Source of the DNA: a bacterium
GTDB taxonomy: Bacteria > Actinomycetota > Acidimicrobiia > Acidimicrobiales > CATQHL01
DNA length: 64,000 nt
Direction of reading: 5' to 3'
NCBI GenBank assembly: GCA_028824415.1
Contig: JAPPDX010000106.1
Location: 52,357-116,356, forward strand
Shown here: positions 55,979 to 64,000 of the stretch, piece after piece
Numbering within the stretch: the first letter of the stretch is position 1
How the letters are laid out: every line of letters begins with the position of its first letter
Position numbers and translations under genes: made by a program
Notes under the pieces: model-generated
Seen by the model: only the letters and a program-made list of their open reading frames with translations
What the model was told of the DNA's origin: nothing
Databases searched by the model: none

Positions 55979-55987
55979 GCTCGCAGG

Positions 55988-56791
55988 CTACCGGTGGGTG
56001 TGCCGCCCTCTCGCATCCCCCCGACGTTCCGGCGGTGCGCTCACGGCGCCGAGCAGGGGCGGCACGCGCAGCCGCCGCTCGGTGTGCTGCTCCAGCACCG
56101 CCACGCCGAGGCGCTCGACGGCGTCGGCGGTCGCCGAGGCGGGCCTGGCCAGCGCTTCGGCGAGTCGCCCTCCGAGGACCTCCCGCAGCACGGTGATCGT
56201 CTCGAGGTCGACACTCAGGGCGGTCATCGGCCGGCACGGCCGGCAGGTCAAGCCGCCGTGGGCGACATCGAGGGCGACGAGATCGGCGACCTCGCCGCAG
56301 TGCACGCAGCCGTCGACGTGCGGTGCGACTCCTTCAAGTTGCGCCAGGCGCCACAGGAACGCGCCCACGCTGAGCGGCGACGAGTGCGTCACCAGCGACT
56401 GCAACCCGCGTACCAGCCTGTCGTAGAGATCGGGAGCCGGTGTCCGCTCCAGTGTCAACCGATCGACGGCCTCCAGCATGGCCATTGCCCGACCGAAGAG
56501 AGCCAGATCCTCCCGGAGGGCGGTGAACTGCTCGATTCCCTCCGCGCTGTCGGCGCCGGTGATGGTGTCGAGTTCCCCCCGTCCCCGCCACAGCGAGATG
56601 TCGACGTGGCCGGCCGGCTCGAGGCGGGAACCGAACCGGCTGCGCGTTCGGCGGACCCCCTTCGCCACTCCGCGGATCTTGCCGTGATCTCGCCCCAGGA
56701 GGACGATGATGCGGTCGGCCTCACCGAGGCGGTAGGTCCGCAGCACCACCGCCCGATCGCGGTACGGCCCGGTCCAGTCGGGCGCGCTCAC
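55988..56791 (-). CDS. recO: DNA repair protein RecO
   Basis: 'RDRAVVLRTYRLGEADRIIVLLGRDHGKIRGVAKGVRR' OB-fold N-terminus and a Cys-rich 'CVHCG...CRPC' zinc motif. Confidence 0.9.
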   Translation of the reverse strand: MSAPDWTGPYRDRAVVLRTYRLGEADRIIVLLGRDHGKIRGVAKGVRRTRSRFGSRLEPAGHVDISLWRGRGELDTITGADSAEGIEQFTALREDLALFGRAMAMLEAVDRLTLERTPAPDLYDRLVRGLQSLVTHSSPLSVGAFLWRLAQLEGVAPHVDGCVHCGEVADLVALDVAHGGLTCRPCRPMTALSVDLETITVLREVLGGRLAEALARPASATADAVERLGVAVLEQHTERRLRVPPLLGAVSAPPERRGDARGRHTHR

Positions 56792-57507
56792 TGGTCCAGA
56801 CCACCGAAGCGGCGTTCACGCCGCTGGTACTCGACGACCGCCTCGAACAGGTGCGTCCGGCTGAAATCGGGCCACAGCACGTCCAGGAACACCATCTCGC
56901 TGTAGGCCACCTGCCAGAGCAGGAAATTGGAAAGACGATGCTCGCCGGAGGTGCGAATCAGCACGTCCGGATCGGGCATGTCGGGGGTCGCCAGGTTGGC
57001 GCGGATGGTCTGCTCGGTGACCTGGGTGGACTGAACCCCCGAAGCGACGATCCTGCGCACCGCCTCGGTCAGCTCCGCCCGACCGCCGTAGTTGAACGCC
57101 ACGGTCAACGTCAGGCGCCGGTTCTCCGCCGTCAGCTCGGCCGCAGCGTCCATCTCGGCCAGCAGGCTCCGCGGGAGACGGCGGTCGCGCCCGCCGATGA
57201 ACCGCAGGCGCACGCCCCGTTCGTGCAGCTCGTCGCGCCGGGTCGCCAGGTTCGACCGGTTGAATTCCAGCAGGAAGCGCACCTCCTCGCGGGGGCGGCT
57301 CCAGTTCTCCGTCGAGAAGGCGTAGACGGTCAACCATTGCACACCGATTTCCAGCGCCCCGTCGACAGCGTCGAGGAGGGCATCCAGCCCGGCCTCATGC
57401 CCGGCGGTGCGCGGGAGACCGCGCCGCTCCGCCCAGCGCCCGTTCCCGTCCATGACGCAGGCCACGTGGGCCGGGACAGCGGAGAGATCGACAGCGGAAA
57501 GACTCAT
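56788..57507 (-). CDS. uppS: cis-prenyltransferase (undecaprenyl/decaprenyl diphosphate synthase family)
   Basis: ORF 56788..57612. ATG 57507. 'HVACVMDGNGRWA', 'YAFSTENWSRP' and 'IRTSGEHRLSNFLLWQ' motifs. Confidence 0.95.
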   Translation of the reverse strand: MSLSAVDLSAVPAHVACVMDGNGRWAERRGLPRTAGHEAGLDALLDAVDGALEIGVQWLTVYAFSTENWSRPREEVRFLLEFNRSNLATRRDELHERGVRLRFIGGRDRRLPRSLLAEMDAAAELTAENRRLTLTVAFNYGGRAELTEAVRRIVASGVQSTQVTEQTIRANLATPDMPDPDVLIRTSGEHRLSNFLLWQVAYSEMVFLDVLWPDFSRTHLFEAVVEYQRRERRFGGLDQ

Positions 57508-57687
57508 GGGGCACCTTTTTGGCGAGTCGGGACTACGCCGTTCCTGAACGTCATTTGTAGCAGTCGTGTCGCCGATTGAGTGACCTCCCGGGCTGTGTGA
57601 TCGCGACGACACACCGCTCCTGGTTGCTTCGGGACAACCGGAGCCGCGGCGTTGAGCCCGTCACGGCGACGACGGCACGCCCACTGT

Positions 57688-57733
57688 GACCTCCCGGTGG
57701 CCTACAGGGGGACCTCCCGGTGGCCTATAGGGG
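57688..57733. repeat. 2 x 23-bp tandem direct repeat in the uppS/dinG divergent intergenic region
   Basis: gacctcccggtggcctacagggg / gacctcccggtggcctatagggg (22/23 identical). It ends 6 bp before a TATTCT (57740..57745), which lies 6 nt upstream of GTG 57752. Confidence 0.6.
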
Positions 57734-57751
57734 GGTTGATATTCTGCTTGG

Positions 57752-59701
57752 GTGAGCCTCGCCGAGCGGAGCCTCGCCCTGCTGGCAGCGGCAACCCGGG
57801 CACTGGGCGAGGCGGGCGAGCGACGCGCCGGCCAGGTACAGATGACCGAGGCCACCGCCGAGGCCTTCGAGCGCGGCCGGCATCTGGCGGTCGCCGCGGG
57901 CACCGGAACCGGGAAGTCGCTGGCATACCTCATTCCCGCCGTCGTGAGCGGCAGGCGCGTGGTGGTGGCCACGGCGACGAAGGCTCTGCAGGACCAACTG
58001 GCCACCAAGGAGTTGCCGTTCCTGGCCGGATTGCCCGAGACCCGGCAACTTCGTCCCTGCGGGCGGCCGTTCCGCTGGGCGGTCCTGAAGGGGCGCTCCA
58101 ACTACATCTGCCGTCAACTCGTCGCTGAGGCGACCCGCGCCGGGATCCAACTCGAACTCGATGTCCAGGGCGCGGCGAGCGGTCCCCAGGGCAACAACGA
58201 GCGGCCGCCGGCGGCCGGCGGCGCGCCTGGCGCCGCCGACTCCGAGGAATTGGGCCGCCTGATCGCCTGGTCGGACCGGGCCGCAACCGGCGACCGGGCC
58301 GACGTGGATTGGGCGCTTCCCCCCGGGATGTGGGAACAGTTGAGCGTGAGCGCCACACAGTGTCCCGGCCGAACCCGCTGCCCGCAGGGCGGTGCGTGCT
58401 TCGCCGAAGCCGCCCGAGAGCGCGCCGACCGTGCCGACATCGTCGTCGTCAACACACACCTGCTGGTGCTGCACCTGCTGGGTACTCCCCTACTGCCCGC
58501 CCACGATCTCGTGGTGATCGATGAGGCGCACCAGTTCGAGGACACTGTCACCGCCATCGCCGGCGTCAGCTTCGGCGAGCGTCACCTGCGCAACGCCGGC
58601 CAGGAGGTGAGCGCTCTGATCGCCAGGTCGGGAGCGCCTCTCCTCAACTCCGGCCGGCGCATCGCAGAGATCCTCCAGGAACACCACGCAAAGCGCCTTC
58701 CGGCCGGCGGCCCACCCGAGCTCACCGACGCCCTGACACTGGCGGGCAGCCGCCTCGAGGCGGTGGCCGCCGAGTTGCGCGGCTTGCAACCCAGCGCCGC
58801 AGACGCCGAGGCGCAACGGCTGCGAGCGCTCGGGGAGGTGTCGGCGCTGAGCGAGAACGTCGCCACGCTGCTGCAGCGACCCGAGGGCACGGTGACATTC
58901 GTGGAGGGGGCCGCCGGCGCACCCGAAATACGCCTCGCCCATCTCGAGGTCGGTGAACTGCTGCGTGAACCCCTCTTCGAGGAACGGACCGTCGTGATGA
59001 CGTCGGCAACGCTGGGGAGCGCCACACCAGCGGCTCTGGGGCTGGAACGCGACGACTACCGGAACCTGGATGTGGGCAGCCCGTTCGACTACCGGTCGGC
59101 GGGGCTCCTCTACTGCGCCACCGACCTCCCGGCGCGCAACTCCGCGGGATTCGCACCCCGCGCGATCCACGAACTCGAAGCGCTGATCAACGCCGCCAGG
59201 GGCCGCACCCTGGCGCTGTTCACCAGCCACCGCATGCTCGACGAGGCCGCCGGCGCGCTCCAGCCTCGCCTGCGCTGGCCGCTACTGCGCCAGGGCGACC
59301 TCCCGCCGGCACAGCTTCTCGAGCACTTCGCCGCCGACGAGGCCACCTGCTTGTTCGCCACGATCGGCTTCTGGCAGGGCGTGGACGTGCCCGGCCCGGC
59401 CCTGACGCTGGTCACCCTGGACCGCCTGCCGTTCCCCCGCCCCGACGATCCGCTTCTGTCAGCGCGGCGGGAGCACATCGGTGACGACGCCTTCCGGCTC
59501 GTGGATCTCCGGCGAGCCGGCATCCTCCTGGCGCAGGGAGCCGGCCGGCTGATCCGCTCCGAAGCCGACCGGGGGGTGGTCGCCGTGCTGGATCCCCGCC
59601 TGGCGACCGCCCGCTACCGGACCGAACTGCTGGAGGAGGTGCCACCCTTGCGCCGCACGACCACCCGCGACGAGGTCTTGAACTTCCTGGCCTCGCTCTG
59701 A
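57752..59701 (+). CDS. dinG: DinG/XPD-family ATP-dependent DNA helicase
   Basis: Walker A 'AAGTGTGKSLAYL', DEAH box 'VIDEAHQFED', four Cys ('YICRQL', 'QCPGRTRCPQGGACF') consistent with an Fe-S domain, and a C-terminal helicase_C_2-like region. Confidence 0.85.
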   Translation: MSLAERSLALLAAATRALGEAGERRAGQVQMTEATAEAFERGRHLAVAAGTGTGKSLAYLIPAVVSGRRVVVATATKALQDQLATKELPFLAGLPETRQLRPCGRPFRWAVLKGRSNYICRQLVAEATRAGIQLELDVQGAASGPQGNNERPPAAGGAPGAADSEELGRLIAWSDRAATGDRADVDWALPPGMWEQLSVSATQCPGRTRCPQGGACFAEAARERADRADIVVVNTHLLVLHLLGTPLLPAHDLVVIDEAHQFEDTVTAIAGVSFGERHLRNAGQEVSALIARSGAPLLNSGRRIAEILQEHHAKRLPAGGPPELTDALTLAGSRLEAVAAELRGLQPSAADAEAQRLRALGEVSALSENVATLLQRPEGTVTFVEGAAGAPEIRLAHLEVGELLREPLFEERTVVMTSATLGSATPAALGLERDDYRNLDVGSPFDYRSAGLLYCATDLPARNSAGFAPRAIHELEALINAARGRTLALFTSHRMLDEAAGALQPRLRWPLLRQGDLPPAQLLEHFAADEATCLFATIGFWQGVDVPGPALTLVTLDRLPFPRPDDPLLSARREHIGDDAFRLVDLRRAGILLAQGAGRLIRSEADRGVVAVLDPRLATARYRTELLEEVPPLRRTTTRDEVLNFLASL

Positions 59702-59729
59702 GCACCGCCGCCTGCGGCGGGCGGCCTGC

Positions 59730-60584
59730 TCAACTGCAGTAGCGCTCCACGGCGCCTGGGCGGTCCTGCCAGTTGGGATCCACCGACACGTGCAGTTCGA
59801 GGTAGGCGCCGGGCGGGAGCTGCCGGCGCACCTCGGTTCCGACCCGCTTCAGCACCGAGCCTCGATGCCCGATGACGATGCGCCGCTGCGAGGCCCGCTC
59901 CACGAGAATCTCGCAGCGGATGCGCGGCCAGTCCCACTCGGTGACCTGCGTGGCGATGGCGTACGGCAACTCGTCCCGCACCACCGCCAGGAGCTGCTCC
60001 CGCACCAACTCCGCCACGGCCACCTCGTCGGGAATGGCGCTCACCATGCCCTCGGGGTAGTAGGGCGGGCCCGGCGGCATCCGCCCCAGCAGGTGCTCCA
60101 CGAAGCTGTCAAGGCCCTCTCCGGTGCGCGCCGAGAGCGGGAAGTAGGCCTCTGCGGGCACCTCCGAGACCCTTGCAAGCTGCTCGAGGATCCGCGCCGG
60201 CGCCGCCGCGTCGACCTTGTTGACCACGACGACGCCATCGGCGGGGAGCTTCGCCGCCACAAACCGGTCGCCGGGACCGAACGGGGCGGTCGCATCGACG
60301 ACCAGGCAGGCCACGTCCACGTCGTCAAGCGCCTCGGCGGCGGTGGCATTCAGCCGCGACCCCAGGGCCGTGCGCGGCTTGCCAATCCCCGGCGTGTCCA
60401 CGAAGACGACCTGGACACCCTCGCGGTGCAACACCCCCTGGACCGCTCGTCTCGTTGTCTGCGGCTTGTCGCTCACAATCGAGACCTTCGTCCCGCACAG
60501 CCGGTTCAGCAGCGTCGACTTACCGACATTCGGCCGCCCAACCAGCGTCACGAACCCCGAGCGGAGACCCTCCTCAGGACTCAC
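59730..60584 (-). CDS. era: GTPase Era
   Basis: G1 'GRPNVGKSTL', G3 'DTPG', G4 'NKVD' and a C-terminal KH domain. Confidence 0.95.
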   Translation of the reverse strand: MSPEEGLRSGFVTLVGRPNVGKSTLLNRLCGTKVSIVSDKPQTTRRAVQGVLHREGVQVVFVDTPGIGKPRTALGSRLNATAAEALDDVDVACLVVDATAPFGPGDRFVAAKLPADGVVVVNKVDAAAPARILEQLARVSEVPAEAYFPLSARTGEGLDSFVEHLLGRMPPGPPYYPEGMVSAIPDEVAVAELVREQLLAVVRDELPYAIATQVTEWDWPRIRCEILVERASQRRIVIGHRGSVLKRVGTEVRRQLPPGAYLELHVSVDPNWQDRPGAVERYCS

Positions 60585-61834
60585 GCCGAAGCCCGGCCGT
60601 CGAGTTCGGTGACCAGGACGCGGGCGATCCGCCGACGCTGCACCCGCTCCACGAGGAAGCGATGGCCGTTCACGTCGAGGTTCTCGCCCTCTTCGGGAAC
60701 CCTTCCGAGCAGGGTGAAGATCAACCCCCCGACCGTGCTCCAGCGCCCAGAGGGCAACTCCGCCTGCAGCGCCTCGGACAACTCGCTGAGCGGGACCCTG
60801 CCGCTCACCCTGAGACTGCCCTCCTCCAGCTTCTCAACCAGCGCGTGCTCCACGTCGAATTCGTCGGTGATCTCGCCCACCATCTCTTCGAGCAGGTCCT
60901 CCAGCGTGACGAGACCGGCGGTCCCGCCGAACTCGTCGATCACGATCACCAGATGAGAGCGGCCACCCTGCATCTCCGCCAGCAACTCGGCGGTCCGCTT
61001 GGTGTCGGGAACAAAGCCGATCTCGCGCATCACCTCGCCAACGGGCCTGTCATCGTCCTCGGCGCGCACCGCCGCGATGAGATCCCGCACGTGGGCAAAG
61101 CCCACGATGTCGTCGATCCCCTCGCCGTACACCGGGATTCGGGTCAGCCCGTTGAACAGGGCCACCTCGAGCGCCTCGGCGACATTGAACGTGCGCTCGA
61201 TCGCCACCATGTCGGTCCGCGGCACCATCACCTCCCTGGCAATCGTGTCGCCGAAGGAAATCACCGACTCGATGAGACGGTGTTCCTGAGCCTCGATGCT
61301 CTCATCCGCCGCCGCCAGTTCCGCAACGGCCAGCAACTCCTCCTCGGACACCGCTTCGGGCTCGTCTCGCTCGCTCTGACCGAACCTCCCCGCCCGCTCC
61401 CGGAGCCCCATGAGCAGCCGCAGCGGTGTGAAGACCACCAGGAGCCGCAAGGACGGAGCCACGAGCCGCGCCACCCGCTCGGGTCGGCGCATGGCGAGAG
61501 ACTTCGCTCCGACGACGATGGCGAGGTAGAGCACGATCAACTCGATCGCGAAGGCAACTCCCAGCGCGCCGGTTCCCCAGCGGCGCTCCACCAACAGGGC
61601 AACGAGAGTTGCAATTCCCAGGTGACATGCCAGAACAAGCCCAAGCACCAGACCGAGTACGGGGCGGCGACGCTCGAGCAACCAACCCAGCGGACTGGTT
61701 TCGGTGGATTCCTCCTCGATCAGCACTCTGGCCTGGCTCTGGCGCAGCCGGGTGAGGCTTGTCTCGGCGGCCGACAGCACGACCGTGCAAACGCTCAGAA
61801 CCGCCACCGCCGCGATCGCCAGGGATTCGAGCAC
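60581..61834 (-). CDS. hemolysin-family protein (DUF21-CBS pair-CorC_HlyC)
   Basis: N-terminal TM DUF21 region, CBS pair ('REVMVPRTDM', 'IPVYGEGIDDIVGF') and C-terminal transporter-associated domain. Confidence 0.85.
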   Translation of the reverse strand: MLESLAIAAVAVLSVCTVVLSAAETSLTRLRQSQARVLIEEESTETSPLGWLLERRRPVLGLVLGLVLACHLGIATLVALLVERRWGTGALGVAFAIELIVLYLAIVVGAKSLAMRRPERVARLVAPSLRLLVVFTPLRLLMGLRERAGRFGQSERDEPEAVSEEELLAVAELAAADESIEAQEHRLIESVISFGDTIAREVMVPRTDMVAIERTFNVAEALEVALFNGLTRIPVYGEGIDDIVGFAHVRDLIAAVRAEDDDRPVGEVMREIGFVPDTKRTAELLAEMQGGRSHLVIVIDEFGGTAGLVTLEDLLEEMVGEITDEFDVEHALVEKLEEGSLRVSGRVPLSELSEALQAELPSGRWSTVGGLIFTLLGRVPEEGENLDVNGHRFLVERVQRRRIARVLVTELDGRASA

Positions 61835-61837
61835 TGC

Positions 61838-62497
61838 TCAGCCCACCAGTCGAGAATCGGCGCCCGGCGCGGTGACTTCCGCCCGCGAAGGCCGGTAGAG
61901 CCGCGCCAGTAGGGTCCGGGTCCGGCGCTTCATTCGCAGGGATTCCACCGGGCCGGCGTGATCGTGCCCGAACAGGTGCAGGACGCCGTGCACGATGAGC
62001 AGCGCCAGCTCGTCCGCCAGGGCGTGGCCCGCCTCACCCGCCTGCCGGGACGCCACCTCCGGGCAGACCACGACATCGCCGATGAGCAACGGGGGATCCC
62101 CTTCGAGGGGGCCGCGCCGCATTCGTGGCGCGCTCGCCTCAACCGGGAATGCCAGAACGTCGGTCGGGTGGTCGCTCTGGAGCCATGCGGCCGCCAATTC
62201 GGAGATCTCGGCCTCGTCCACGAAGGCCAACCCCATCTCGGCCGGGCGTCGAACCCCTTCGCGCAGCGCCGCCGCTGCCGCCAGCAGACCCCAGCGGCTC
62301 AGGTCGAGCGGTTCCCGTCCTCCACCTCCCGGCCCGGCGTCGGCGCCGCGCCGGTCCTCCACCTCGACGACGAAGTGGCCGCGCACGATCCGCCGACGGC
62401 GCTGTGGGTCCTCGTCCTGCTCCCCCGTCGGCGACCGTCCGCCGGCGGGGATTCGCCGCCGGTCGTCGGGACAGTCCGCAGACCCGCCCTCGCTCAC
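61838..62497 (-). CDS. ybeY: rRNA maturation endoribonuclease YbeY
   Basis: 'HGVLHLFGHDH' zinc motif. GTG 62497 overlaps the phoH stop (GTGA) and gives a ~50-aa low-complexity N-terminal extension, so the true start may be further in. Confidence 0.85.
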   Translation of the reverse strand: MSEGGSADCPDDRRRIPAGGRSPTGEQDEDPQRRRRIVRGHFVVEVEDRRGADAGPGGGGREPLDLSRWGLLAAAAALREGVRRPAEMGLAFVDEAEISELAAAWLQSDHPTDVLAFPVEASAPRMRRGPLEGDPPLLIGDVVVCPEVASRQAGEAGHALADELALLIVHGVLHLFGHDHAGPVESLRMKRRTRTLLARLYRPSRAEVTAPGADSRLVG

Positions 62498-63492
62498 CCA
62501 GACCGGTCCTGCACGGGCTCACCGCCCGTTTCGCTGCTGGCCTTGTCGTAGGCGTTCACGATGTCGGTGACGATGGGATGTCGGACGACGTCCCGGCTGC
62601 TCAGATGGACGAAGCGGACACCCTCTATGCCGGCCAGCAGCGTCTCCAACCCGTCGAGACCGCTGCGACCCCCCGCCACGTCCACCTGGGTCACGTCACC
62701 GGTGATCACGGCCCGTGAGCCGAACCCGATGCGGGTGAGGAACATCTTCATTTGCTCGGGAGTGGTGTTCTGCGCCTCGTCGAGGATGATGAAACTCCGG
62801 TTCAGCGTCCGGCCGCGCATGAACGCCAGCGGCGCTACCTCCACGATCTCCTGCTCCAGGAGCCGCTGCACGCCTTGCAGGTCCAGCATGTCGTACAACG
62901 CGTCGTACAGCGGCCGCAGGTACGGGTCGACCTTGGCGGCCACGTCACCGGGAAGGAAACCGAGTCGCTCGCCCGCCTCGACGGCGGGCCGCGTGAGAAT
63001 GATCCGCTCCACCTCGCGCGCCTGCAGCGCGGCGATGGCCGCGGCGACCGCCAGCCAACTCTTCCCCGTCCCGGCCGGACCGATGGCGAAGGTCACCGTG
63101 GCTGAACGGATGGCGTCGACGTAGGCCTTCTGGCCCCGCGAGCGAGGTCGCACAACGGGTCCGCGGGCGTGGCGGAGCACCTCGTCGCTCAGCACCTCAC
63201 TGGGGCTCTCGTCGGCGGCCACCAGGTCGATGACGTGCACTACTGATCGCGAGTCCACCGGATGCCCTTGACGGACGAGCGTGATCAATTCCTCCAGAAC
63301 CCGCGCCACGCCGGGCGCGTCCGGACCGGTGACGGTCACCTCGTTGCCGCGCACGTGGATGCCGCTCTGCGGGAACGCCGCTTCCAGCAGCCGCAGATGG
63401 CGGTCGGCCGGCCCGAGCAGGGTGGGCAGGAGGTGATTGCCGGGGATCGTGACCCGAGCCCGGCTCACCGGTTGCTCAGTCGCGGAGGACAA
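62494..63492 (-). CDS. phoH: PhoH-family ATPase
   Basis: 'GPAGTGKSWLAVA' Walker A, 'IILDEAQN' Walker B and 'ITGDVTQVD'. Confidence 0.9.
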   Translation of the reverse strand: MSSATEQPVSRARVTIPGNHLLPTLLGPADRHLRLLEAAFPQSGIHVRGNEVTVTGPDAPGVARVLEELITLVRQGHPVDSRSVVHVIDLVAADESPSEVLSDEVLRHARGPVVRPRSRGQKAYVDAIRSATVTFAIGPAGTGKSWLAVAAAIAALQAREVERIILTRPAVEAGERLGFLPGDVAAKVDPYLRPLYDALYDMLDLQGVQRLLEQEIVEVAPLAFMRGRTLNRSFIILDEAQNTTPEQMKMFLTRIGFGSRAVITGDVTQVDVAGGRSGLDGLETLLAGIEGVRFVHLSSRDVVRHPIVTDIVNAYDKASSETGGEPVQDRSG

Positions 63493-63575
63493 AGCAGATG
63501 GGCAGCCGGTGTCCCCCTCGCAGCCCGGAGTGGGCGCCGCTCAGCGCGCCGCCCTCGTCGAGGTCCGGCAAGCGA

Positions 63576-63842
63576 CTAGCTCTCCGAGGCAGACTCTTCC
63601 TCGCCTGCGCCGGATGCCTGCGCGGGAATCGGGTCGGGATACAGATGCTTCAAGGTGCCCGGCTCGACGCGGGACTGCTCGATGAACGCATCGACGTCAC
63701 TCGCCTTAAACCGGAAGACGCGCCCGAAGCGATACGCCGGAAGCTGCCCGATGTCGACGAACCTGTAAATCGTCCTCGTCGTGAGACCGAGGCGCCTCGC
63801 CGTATCTTCAGTGCTGAGCCAATCGATATCCGACTCTACCAT
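63576..63842 (-). CDS. excisionase/MerR-like helix-turn-helix DNA-binding protein
   Basis: ORF 63576..63890. ATG 63842. 'WLSTEDTARRLGLTTRTIYRFVDIGQLPAYRFGRVFRFKASDVDAFI' is the excisionase-family HTH_17 pattern, followed by an acidic tail. Confidence 0.7.
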   Translation of the reverse strand: MVESDIDWLSTEDTARRLGLTTRTIYRFVDIGQLPAYRFGRVFRFKASDVDAFIEQSRVEPGTLKHLYPDPIPAQASGAGEEESASES

Positions 63843-64000
63843 GTCCGTGATCCTCACAACTTCGTGTCGTTTCCATCCCCACCAGTGCATTGGCGCTGCA
63901 CGACGGAGACAAGGGGTCGTAGCACCTCGTTAGAAGTTGCTTGCCGCCCTGGAAACAGAAACCAACGAACGTTATGTTAGTGGATGTCCTGGCACCGAGG

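Noticed and set aside
52680-56905. ORF 52680..55271 N-terminal extension of dnaG, and the 760-aa plus-strand ORF 54623..56905
   Set aside because: The extension overlaps glyQS out of frame, and the real dnaG start (54467) has a GGAGG. The plus-strand ORF is antisense to glyQS/recO and has shadow-ORF composition.
57688-57733. Tandem 23-bp repeat as a CRISPR array
   Set aside because: There are only two directly abutting copies with no spacers, and no cas genes in the window. No CRISPR array is present anywhere in the 64 kb.

Overview
High-GC (roughly 70%) Actinomycetota chromosomal core region, densely packed, mostly minus-strand, with many 4-nt start/stop overlaps. It holds a near-complete division/cell-wall (dcw) cluster (mraZ-rsmH-ftsL-ftsI-murE-mraY-murD-ftsW-murG-murC-murB-ftsQ-ftsZ-pgeF-yggS-sepF-yggT-divIVA), then ileS, a DksA-like gene, lspA and rluD. 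Downstream are an LplA-like/HNH pair, a MoxR-DUF58-transglutaminase operon, dinB, mtrA-mtrB plus a short LpqB-like lipoprotein, central-metabolism genes (pfk, aminotransferase, ROK glucokinase), a GT4 glycosyltransferase, queG, trpD, an FGGY kinase, RNase P RNA, three tRNAs (Val, Met/CAT, Asn), sigma-dnaG, glyQS-recO-uppS, a DinG-like helicase and era-CBS-ybeY-phoH. The standout is one 1126-aa ORF (41538..44918, minus) that fuses a squalene-epoxidase-type flavoprotein to a triterpene cyclase. The cyclase carries the oxidosqualene-cyclase DCTAE catalytic motif, so the two committed steps of sterol-scaffold synthesis sit in one polypeptide. It lies alone between queG and trpD, and hand-counted lines show lower GC than the flanks. 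Secondary observations: a ~30-bp-stem hairpin between mraZ and rsmH, a phased GTGG box array over the mraZ promoter, no murF in the dcw cluster, AT-rich palindromes upstream of ftsZ, a 480-bp non-coding gap with C6-loop hairpins, and a 23-bp tandem repeat over a probable leaderless dinG promoter. All calls come from reading the sequence and ORF translations by eye; no database search or computation was possible.
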